A stretch of 47,039 nucleotides of DNA from a bacterium (lineage in GTDB: Bacteria; Patescibacteriota; Minisyncoccia; Minisyncoccales; DAOVPY01), in NCBI GenBank assembly GCA_030596105.1, contig JAUVKU010000002.1:1-47039 (forward strand). The letters run 5' to 3'. Both the position numbers and the translations under genes were made by a program. The notes under the pieces were generated by a model that was not told where the DNA came from, ran no database searches, and saw only the letters and a program-made list of their open reading frames with translations. Of this stretch, positions 39,327 to 47,039 are shown piece by piece (positions within the stretch are counted from its first letter, which is position 1; each line of letters begins with the position of its first letter).

Positions 39327-39863
39327 TTATAATTCTCTATTTTTAATTTCCATATTTAACATTTTTAAAAATAAATAAGCCACAATGCCACCAGCTAAAG
39401 CAGTAAAAAGCTGTGGCCAACTCATCATTGTCGCAACCTTTGTGGCAATCTCTTTTTTCAAAATTAAATTCATAACAAATGAACTAGCGCCAAACAAAAA
39501 AAGAAATTTTAGAACACTTGCTAAAATTACTCCATACCAATAATTTTTTTCTTTGAAATAGTCAAAAATTAAAATTAAAATGGTGTTTCCCATCATTATA
39601 AACGGAACCATTGGAGCTAATACTATTGGCAAAAGTCCCACAGACAAAGCAACTAAACTCGGAATTAAACCAATCAATATTGCATATCGCGCGCCCAAAA
39701 GCATAACAGAAATAAAAAGAGTTGCGTTTACGATTGGACCTGTTATTGCTTGTTGATGTGTTAAAAGCAAAGGAGCAACCGTAGCAACTCCAACTAAAAC
39801 AGAAAACTGAACTAATGTTAAAATTTTTTCTTTATTTATTGCTATAATTTTTGCTTGAACCAT
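39327..39863 (-). CDS. ECF transporter S-component-like membrane protein
   Basis: 178 aa with about five to six TM helices; Q.ITGPIVNA.L and WPQLFTAL.GG motifs. Confidence 0.7.
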   Translation of the reverse strand: MVQAKIIAINKEKILTLVQFSVLVGVATVAPLLLTHQQAITGPIVNATLFISVMLLGARYAILIGLIPSLVALSVGLLPIVLAPMVPFIMMGNTILILIFDYFKEKNYWYGVILASVLKFLFLFGASSFVMNLILKKEIATKVATMMSWPQLFTALAGGIVAYLFLKMLNMEIKNREL

Positions 39864-39872
39864 ATCTGTAAA

Positions 39873-39943
39873 GCTGAGTGAATAAAGTTTTTAGTATGGG
39901 TAGTGGATGGAATGATTTTTACTAAAAACTTTATTCACTCAGC
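39873..39943. repeat. Perfect 24-bp inverted repeat with 23-nt spacer
   Basis: gctgagtgaataaagtttttagta ... tactaaaaactttattcactcagc. Confidence 0.85.
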
Positions 39944-39956
39944 AATATTTAAAAAT

Positions 39957-41684
39957 TTAATCTTTTGGAATTTCTACTTCTCTTTTTTTGCGCGAATATT
40001 TTGTATGACAAATTTTGTGAATTATTTTCTTTGACACAAAAAAATCTTTATAAACCTCTTTAACGACTGGATTTTCATGAGCTAATCTAATTTCTTTTTT
40101 ACTATCAATTTGATAAAGCGCTTGAGCCCTTTTCTGTCTAATTTTAGCATCCACTGGCACTGGCTGTCCACCACCACCAACACACCCTCCAGGACAAGCC
40201 ATTACTTCTACCGCGTCATACAATTTTGGATTTTTCTTTAATTCTTCCAAAACCTTTTTAGCATTTCCCAACCCATTAACAACAGCCACTTTAATTTCTT
40301 TATTATTAATTTTTATTAAAGCTGTTTTTACGCCATCTGATCCCCTCACATCTTTAAATTCTATTTTCAACCTACCACTCTTCTGCGTTTTCGCACACGC
40401 TGTACGAAGAGCTGATTCCATTACCCCGCCCGTTGCCCCATAAATAACTCCCGCGCCACTTGGAATACCCAATGGATTATCTTGTTTTTCGGGTTTAATA
40501 TTTTTTAAATCAATTTTCCATTTTTTGAAAAGATAAGCAAGCTCACGAGTAGTCAAAACATAATCTACTGGCTTTAATCCATCAACTTCTAATTCTTTCT
40601 TTTGTATTTCATATTTTTTTGCTGTGCATGGCATTATAGAAACCACTATAATTTTTTTAGGATCTATATTTTCTTTTTCAGCCCAAAATGTTTTAATCAA
40701 TCCGCCCATAATAACTTGTGGCGATCTTGTCGTTGCAAGATGCGGAATAAACTCTGGATAATAAAACTCGATAAATTTAACCCAAGAAGGACAACAACTA
40801 GAAAAACAAGGCGTTGCTTTATTTTCTATCTTTTCCATTAATTCATTCGCCTCCTCTACTGTTGTAAAATCAGCCCCAACGCTAACATCAAAAACTTTAT
40901 GGGCGCCTAATTTTTTAATACCAGCAACTAATTGTTCGGTAACTATTGAACCGTACGGCAATCCAAACTCTTCGCCGATGCTTGTTCTAATCGCTGGAGC
41001 AAATTGAAAAATAAGAAGTTTATCTTTTTCCTCAAAACATCTTTCTATATCTTCAAATTCCCCCACTGCCTCAAAAGCCCCTACTGGACAATGAACAGCA
41101 CATTGTCCACAATAAACGCAATCCTTATTTTTATCCTTTGAGGGGACTACTTGAAAAAAACCATCTTTTTCTTTAATCTCTAAAAAACCAACCCCTTGTT
41201 TCTTGCAAACCTCAACGCAATTTCTACAATCAATACATTTTGAACTATCAAAAACAAGAGCTGGTCCAAATTTATGAACAGAATAATTTGTTTTTCTATC
41301 AAAAAACTTAGCAATATCAACCTTGTAACTTTTTGCCAACTTAAGAAGATTACAATTAAATTTACATATACAATCATTACATTCTTCGCGATGTTGAGCA
41401 AAAATCAATTCTAAATTAGTTTTCCTCGCTTTTCTTATTTCTAACGAATTAGTAACAACATCCATTTTATGTTCCGCTTTTGTTGAACACGATGTCTGCA
41501 TTCCTTTTATCCCCTTTATTTCTACCAAACACATCCTGCAACTAGCATTTACTTTTAAATCTGAATGATAACAAAGCGCTGGAATTTCAATTCCATTTTC
41601 TATAGCAACTTCTAAAATCGTCTTACCTTTTTCACATTCAATTTTCTTGCCATCAATAATAATTTGTATTTTATTTTTATTCAT
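39957..41684 (-). CDS. hydA: Group A [FeFe]-hydrogenase catalytic subunit
   Basis: [2Fe-2S] (ALC..SCRMC..SC), His-ligated [4Fe-4S] (HREECNDC), 2x[4Fe-4S], H-cluster motifs SSCCPSW, MPCTAKKYE, EVMACPGGCVGGGGQP. Confidence 0.93.
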   Translation of the reverse strand: MNKNKIQIIIDGKKIECEKGKTILEVAIENGIEIPALCYHSDLKVNASCRMCLVEIKGIKGMQTSCSTKAEHKMDVVTNSLEIRKARKTNLELIFAQHREECNDCICKFNCNLLKLAKSYKVDIAKFFDRKTNYSVHKFGPALVFDSSKCIDCRNCVEVCKKQGVGFLEIKEKDGFFQVVPSKDKNKDCVYCGQCAVHCPVGAFEAVGEFEDIERCFEEKDKLLIFQFAPAIRTSIGEEFGLPYGSIVTEQLVAGIKKLGAHKVFDVSVGADFTTVEEANELMEKIENKATPCFSSCCPSWVKFIEFYYPEFIPHLATTRSPQVIMGGLIKTFWAEKENIDPKKIIVVSIMPCTAKKYEIQKKELEVDGLKPVDYVLTTRELAYLFKKWKIDLKNIKPEKQDNPLGIPSGAGVIYGATGGVMESALRTACAKTQKSGRLKIEFKDVRGSDGVKTALIKINNKEIKVAVVNGLGNAKKVLEELKKNPKLYDAVEVMACPGGCVGGGGQPVPVDAKIRQKRAQALYQIDSKKEIRLAHENPVVKEVYKDFFVSKKIIHKICHTKYSRKKREVEIPKD

Positions 41685-41704
41685 CTTTAATTAGTTAGAC
41701 TTTA

Positions 41705-42685
41705 TTAAGACATTAACTTGTTAATCAAGCTACGAAATGGAACAACTGCACCCCTGCCTAAAGCGCAAAAACTTGTTTTCTCTAAAACAAAAAATATCTC
41801 TTCCATCACCTTCTCGTCTATCTCTTTCTTTTTTATCATCTCAGCTATTCTAAAAAGACCCTCTCTACACGGCACACACTTATCGCAATTTCCTTTCATA
41901 AAAAAATCAGCCCATGTTTCCATTAAAACGAACAAATCTGTCTTTGCTTTATTAAAAATAATAATGGCACCAACCCCTTTAACCATCTGATCAAGCTCAT
42001 TAGAAAGCAAAATTTCTCCACTCGCTCCCCCGCCCTTCTGAACAAAAAAATCAAATAATGGATAATTATGAGTCTTTTCTAAAATTTCTTTTATTGTTAA
42101 ATTTTCAGAGAGTTCGTAAACACCTTTATTTTTTACATCGCCACCAATTGAATAAAATCGCGTATTTTTATATTCGTTGTCAGCTATTTTAGCAACAGAA
42201 TAAAATGTTTCAATGTTATTAATAAGAGTTGGATACCCCCAAAGCCCCGACTCTGTTGGAAACGGCGGTTTAATTCTTGGCTCTGGTCTTCTTCCCTCTA
42301 TTGATTCCAAAACAGCCGTTTCTTCTCCCGCAATATATCCACCCGTTTTTTCAAAAAGCGTTATAGGCAAATTACCAATTAATTTCTCTAACAATTTTTT
42401 AAATTTCTTGTAATAATCTTTTTTAAGATAAATATACGCAGAACTATTGCCTATTGTTTCAAGCGCTATTTCTATTCCTTGTATCAATTTTTCTGGATAA
42501 TTTTCTAAAATAAAACCATCCTTAAAAACATTTGGCTCGCCCTCCGAACCATTACAAACAATGTATTTCTTGTCTGCTTTTTCTTTATTCACAGCTTCCC
42601 ATTTCAAATAAGTTGGAAAACCAGCTCCTCCCCTTCCCACAAGTCCGCACTATTTCTATTTTACAATTATATTTTTTGATTTCAT
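41705..42685 (-). CDS. Minimal NuoF/HydB-like NADH-binding flavoprotein; 5' end has two in-frame TAG codons (open from GTG 42640)
   Basis: GRGGAGFPT, CNGSEGEP..FKD, YIAGEETA..SIEG, INNIET, CDKCVPCREG, CALG. Confidence 0.8.
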
Positions 42686-42708
42686 ATTTTAAAAATTAAA
42701 CTAATTTA

Positions 42709-45363
42709 CTATGCTTTTTCCATTACACATACGCCCTCACCTTCACGCCAAAATTTTAACTCTTCAGCTGGAGAGGTTCTCTTACTTTTAGGAGGTTTAC
42801 CATCTACTATAAACTCTTTTGTTATAATATCATCCGTTTTTTCATAATAGCTTTCTCTTTTATTTCTTAACTCTTGCTCCATTTTCTTTGCAAAATCTTC
42901 AATATGCTCCGCCCCAACGCCGTAAGAATCTTTTAATTCAAATCTCCATTGTCCTTTTCCATCTTTTATTGGAACCAAAATGGACCTGCCTATTATTTTC
43001 CCAAAATTATTTTTCACACCCAAAACCAAAATCGGTCCTTGCGTAATAGCCAAAGCAAAATTCTGAAACTCTCCTCCAACTCCCATGCAAGACGGACTCA
43101 TATCCATTGCTTTAAAATGCTCCTCTGGATTTTGAAGTATTCCAACTGTTCCTGAAATTTTTTCTTTTGCTTGTTCTTTAATTATCTTTTTATATATTTG
43201 TTTAACGCTTCCCAAGCTAGAACCAAGGCCCAAATGACCCAAAATAGCCCTATTAGACAAAAGAGTATCAACATCTTTTTTTTCAGGAATATCCCCTCTT
43301 TTTAATATTTCAGAAACATCTCTTATTTTTTCTATTAAATCCAATGCCTTGTTTCTATTTTTCTCTTTTATCAAAGATATTTTTTCTTTTGCCTGAGAAA
43401 AATTTTGAGATTTCAAATATTTTTCTATGTTTTTAATAGAAACTCCAAAATCTTCTTGCCCCTGATTCTCTTCATCAAAATTTATCTTTAAATTTTTAAC
43501 TTCTTCTAAAATTAATTTTAACTCTCCGGTATGAGAAAATTTGAAATCCCATAAATCTTTGATGTCTAAAGTTTCATTAACCGCTTCTTCCTTCTGAACA
43601 GCATAGCCCAAAAGAGAATCAATATAAGGCAAATACTTATCTTTGTTTTGCTCGTAACCATTAATCAATTCGTCCGCCATTGCATCAATTTTTATTTTAA
43701 CCTCCTCTAAATTTTTTCCCAAAATTCCATAAAAATCAAACGGAATATTAAGCTTTTGCGCTGCCAATAAATATTCAAAATTTCCATCTTTAAATATTCT
43801 CTTAGTTGTTTTTCTACCAAGAACAACATCATCCAACTCTAAAACATTAGAGTGCGCTTTATTGTAAATTTTCTTAATAGTCTCTGACTCTTTGCTTTTA
43901 TTTTCTAATTTCTTTAAAGTTTTTTCATCTAAATCTTTAAAAACTAAATACGAAGAAGCTACAGATGACGACATATATTTTAATAAATCTGGCGGAAATG
44001 TTCTTGCTTGATAATCTCCTTTTGTTTTTCTAATATTTTCAATAAATTTGGAGGATATATCCTTATGAACTGAAGACCTCTCAATTAAAAATTTTGGGAA
44101 ATGCTTTTCTTGTTCTGTTAATTCTTCATCAAAGTAATTTTTGGGAGAAATTTTATCTAAAAATTTAGTCTTTTCGCATACTCTCAAATGTGGCACAAAG
44201 TTATAACGAAAATCATCTGCTTCAATCTCATCAATTTTAAAATCAGATAATACTTTTTTTATTTGTTTTTCATTCTTAAAAAGAACTCCCCCCCTAAGAT
44301 TATCATTCTCAAATATTTTAGAAACAGTCAAAATCTCCAAAAATAATTTTGGTTTTATTTTGAAACTTCTCATTTTTTCTTCAATTTCCAAAGAAAAAAT
44401 TTTTGCTTTTTCCTCTTCTGGAAGCTCAATAAAATCAAAAATCTTCTTAGCTCTAATCGCCTCCGAACTCATTCCATATCTTTTGCGAACATCTTGAATT
44501 TTTGATATATCAGCCAATATTTTTTTTGCAGTCCCTTGCTCTCCCGCCCTTAAAGCTGTTTCCCAATTAGCATCAACAATAAAAATACCACCATCCCTAA
44601 ATTTTTTATTTATAGTTTGAATATTCTCCTTAATCAAATTAAATTTTTCCTCATCTAATAAAATCTGTTCTTGCTTATCAGTCTTTTCCTGTGATAGCGA
44701 AGCGTCCCCTCTTCTTCTGGAAACAATAAAATTAGCCCATCCCTCGTTACCAAAAGCCAACAATGGTTCTGGCTCCAAATCCATTATTCTATTAATTAGT
44801 AGCCCCTCTTTATCATTCAAATCCAATTTATTTAGTTGTTGCATTCCCAGAAAAGTCGCCATGCCATTTTTAGATATAATCCTATCTAAAATTTTTTTCA
44901 TTTTCTCGGACGGATTTTTTCTTTCAAATTTTGCTATACTGCCAAGAAATTGATGCCCCAATAAACTTCTGTTAAAATAAGGATCTGGAATTTCAGTAAT
45001 CCTGCTTTTCTCTTTAATCATTGCCTCAGGATTCCAATCCTTCATTTTTTCTAAAATTTCTTTCATTCTTTCAGGTTTTTTATCTGAAAATTCTTTAATA
45101 TCATTCTCGTGTGCTGAAAGAATATCTAAAAACACCTCTCTTCTTGTATCATCCATTTCCCTACTTTCATTCATTTTTTCTCTTAATTCATCAATTCCAT
45201 ACCCAAAAACATCCTCTGGCTTTAACTCCTTTTCCTCAACAACTTCCGCCTTTGCTTCGCCCTTACAAGACAAGTCCTCCACGCCAATTTGATCTGGACT
45301 AAAACCAGACAAGTCCCCCTTTTCCCTTAATAACTTTTTAGGCTTTAATTCTCTGAATTTCAT
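42709..45363 (-). CDS. Large hypothetical protein (884 aa)
   Basis: Long uninterrupted K/E-rich helical ORF with a globular-looking C-terminal domain. Confidence 0.75.
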   Translation of the reverse strand: MKFRELKPKKLLREKGDLSGFSPDQIGVEDLSCKGEAKAEVVEEKELKPEDVFGYGIDELREKMNESREMDDTRREVFLDILSAHENDIKEFSDKKPERMKEILEKMKDWNPEAMIKEKSRITEIPDPYFNRSLLGHQFLGSIAKFERKNPSEKMKKILDRIISKNGMATFLGMQQLNKLDLNDKEGLLINRIMDLEPEPLLAFGNEGWANFIVSRRRGDASLSQEKTDKQEQILLDEEKFNLIKENIQTINKKFRDGGIFIVDANWETALRAGEQGTAKKILADISKIQDVRKRYGMSSEAIRAKKIFDFIELPEEEKAKIFSLEIEEKMRSFKIKPKLFLEILTVSKIFENDNLRGGVLFKNEKQIKKVLSDFKIDEIEADDFRYNFVPHLRVCEKTKFLDKISPKNYFDEELTEQEKHFPKFLIERSSVHKDISSKFIENIRKTKGDYQARTFPPDLLKYMSSSVASSYLVFKDLDEKTLKKLENKSKESETIKKIYNKAHSNVLELDDVVLGRKTTKRIFKDGNFEYLLAAQKLNIPFDFYGILGKNLEEVKIKIDAMADELINGYEQNKDKYLPYIDSLLGYAVQKEEAVNETLDIKDLWDFKFSHTGELKLILEEVKNLKINFDEENQGQEDFGVSIKNIEKYLKSQNFSQAKEKISLIKEKNRNKALDLIEKIRDVSEILKRGDIPEKKDVDTLLSNRAILGHLGLGSSLGSVKQIYKKIIKEQAKEKISGTVGILQNPEEHFKAMDMSPSCMGVGGEFQNFALAITQGPILVLGVKNNFGKIIGRSILVPIKDGKGQWRFELKDSYGVGAEHIEDFAKKMEQELRNKRESYYEKTDDIITKEFIVDGKPPKSKRTSPAEELKFWREGEGVCVMEKA

Positions 45364-45474
45364 ATTTTAAAAATTATATCTTTTAAAAAGAAAAATTATA
45401 TTTTTCCTATACGCTATCATACTATTATATCCCATTATACCAAATACACGAACAAAAAACCACCTAAAAAATAA

Positions 45475-45582
45475 GTGATTTTTTTCTATTCCGCCCACAA
45501 TTCTGCTGAAACTGACAAAATCGCAAATTGGCGGTACCTTTTGGACAAAATCCGAACTTTTTTTGAAGAAAATCCAGAATAG
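45475..45582 (+). pseudogene. Possible remnant of a recombinase-like C-terminal tail
   Basis: Reads ..ANWRYLLDKIRTFFEENPE*; resembles, from memory only, tails of CPR serine recombinases; lies at the island boundary. Confidence 0.3.
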
Positions 45583-45653
45583 GAAGCGGAACGCTTCGCG
45601 TGCTGTTTCTCGCACTCTGTGGAGTGCGAATGAACTCCACCGTGCCATCGCCC

Positions 45654-46057
45654 TCATACTTCGGGCGACCGCCCGACCAAAACCATTAAAAATATATACA
45701 AAGGAATAGCCTGCACATTGAACATTTCAGAAACATGTATTGTAAGCATACGCGCGGGTTCAAGCAAAGGCGGAAATATTTGAGCAATTCCTACCCGGAC
45801 CAAAGTAAGTCCTAAACCTATTAATACGCCCCACAATATGGATTTGCCAAGATTTTCTCTGATAATATAAAGCTGTTTGGGTTTCTTGTACTTCCAAATC
45901 CAAAATGCTGGAAAAAATATCGCGCTCAGATATAATAACGGGCTTGATGTGCCACTGGTTAACGGGATAGCAACTCCCGCAACCAGCAATGCTACGACGA
46001 GCAATATATTTTCAATCTTTCTATTTATTTTTTTGTTTCACAATTTATGTTTTCCAT
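45654..46057 (-). pseudogene. Disrupted multi-TM protein, CPBP/CAAX-protease-like N-terminal part
   Basis: ATG 46057 is out of frame by one base in an A7 run; ORF stops in GC-rich hairpins where the EE motif would be expected. Confidence 0.5.
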
Positions 46058-46068
46058 AATTATTACTT

Positions 46069-46527
46069 TTAAAGTTTAATTATTTGATCTGTTTCCAATA
46101 TTCTTTTCAGAGTTTCACTTTCTTCTTTCGCGTGTTTTTTCATAGCATTAACAAAAAATTTCGGAATTAACCAGCCGAATCTTTGAACTGAAAGGACACT
46201 AGTATAAACACATCCCCCTTCTCTTGGTTCAGCTCTAAACAATCCTTTCTGTCCGGTCATCCAGGCTAAAAATCCCAAAGGAGTGAGTTCCATTATGAAT
46301 TTTTTATCGGTTTTCTCTATTTTGATAACTTTACTTTTGGCCTTAATTAATCTTCCGGCAATATATTCTTCAAGATATATAATATCGCCCACCTCTACGC
46401 CTCCCGTTATTTTTACCCACTTGATATGATCCTTGTGCAACTCTTTGTAATTCTTATCAAGATTAGTTAACCATTCCCCAACTTTTCCAGGTGTCGTTTT
46501 TATTTCTATTGAATTTTTAAGTATCAT
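46069..46527 (-). CDS. SRPBCC/START-like protein
   Basis: SIEIKTTP.KV.EWL N-terminus, HKDH, C-terminal helix H.KEE..LK.ILE. Confidence 0.7.
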   Translation of the reverse strand: MILKNSIEIKTTPGKVGEWLTNLDKNYKELHKDHIKWVKITGGVEVGDIIYLEEYIAGRLIKAKSKVIKIEKTDKKFIMELTPLGFLAWMTGQKGLFRAEPREGGCVYTSVLSVQRFGWLIPKFFVNAMKKHAKEESETLKRILETDQIIKL

Positions 46528-46599
46528 AATTGTATTTTTTTTAATTATTAAAAGATGTGCGCCGATAATTATTCAGCGACACTTTTTTTGTTTCGACTT

Positions 46600-47039
46600 T
46601 TAATGTTTTGATTTTTCATTTTTTACCACATTGATTTTTTTGGAGATTTTTTCCAGCATTGAAATAATGTTTCCTTGCTCTTCCGCGGAAAGCGAACCCA
46701 AAACTTATTTTATTATCTGTTTCTTTTTCTTTTGAAATAATTTCGCGGTTTTTTCGCCTTTTGCCGTCAATTTAACTCTTACAACTCTTCTATCCCCGCA
46801 ATTTCTTTCTCGTTTAACCAATCCTTTTTTAAGAAGTTTGTCAATAATCCCCGTCGCTGTACTCATGCTCACGCCAATGTTTTCAGCAAGCCGGCTCATA
46901 ATAAGTTCTTTTTGATTTAATACAACAGTCAGCGTTAAAAGTTCAGGTTTTGTCAAACTTGGATCTTCGCGGTAGTAATCCATAGAAGCAAATACTTTAG
47001 TAGTCTTATTCCATGATCGCAAAAAACGGTTTATATTTT
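46600..47039 (-). pseudogene. MarR family regulator with premature TAA at 46705-46707 (5' end probably beyond the window)
   Basis: wHTH MSRLAENIGVSMSTATGIIDKL..DRRVVRVKLT; frame continues after TAA as VLGSLSAEEQGNIISMLEKI..*. Confidence 0.7.

Noticed and set aside
42650-42658. Genome-wide TAG or TGA reassignment as the explanation of in-frame stops
   Set aside because: rplK ends at TAG at its normal length, and the long core genes translate fully under code 11 without internal TAG or TGA
45367-45657. 96-aa minus-strand ORF
   Set aside because: Spans the hairpin cluster and likely promoter DNA; atypical composition, probably spurious
45584-45675. Integron attC site or tRNA fragment
   Set aside because: No RYYYAAC/GTTRRRY core pair, no cloverleaf or T-loop GTTCRA, and no integrase in the window

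Overview
AT-rich bacterial chromosomal window. Gene content and style (DUF5667/Kazal/DUF333 surface protein, pilin-LamG, short PheT, rplK without rplA, few Shine-Dalgarno sites) point to Patescibacteria/CPR, probably Parcubacteria; this is inference. Most of the window is housekeeping: trxA, typA, dnaE, thrS, miaB, gatB, deoC, tmk, dCMP deaminase, rplK-nusG-secE, gyrB, pheT, mraZ-rsmH-ftsL-ftsI-murF-like, dnaG. The main points of interest are: (1) a minimal NuoF-like + group A [FeFe]-hydrogenase + ECF S-component-like operon, with no HydC or HydEFG in the window and two in-frame amber codons at the NuoF 5' end; (2) a membrane-anchored Clp ATPase with a degenerate first AAA ring next to a small membrane partner; (3) a long-hairpin element present twice, each time between a sigma70-type promoter and a start codon; (4) a REP-like palindrome family, an in-frame palindrome in miaB and an exactly duplicated terminator flanking two glycosyltransferases; (5) two unannotated small ORFs with their own promoters; (6) a decaying accessory island at the right end. 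I found no rRNA, tRNA, CRISPR array or intact transposase.
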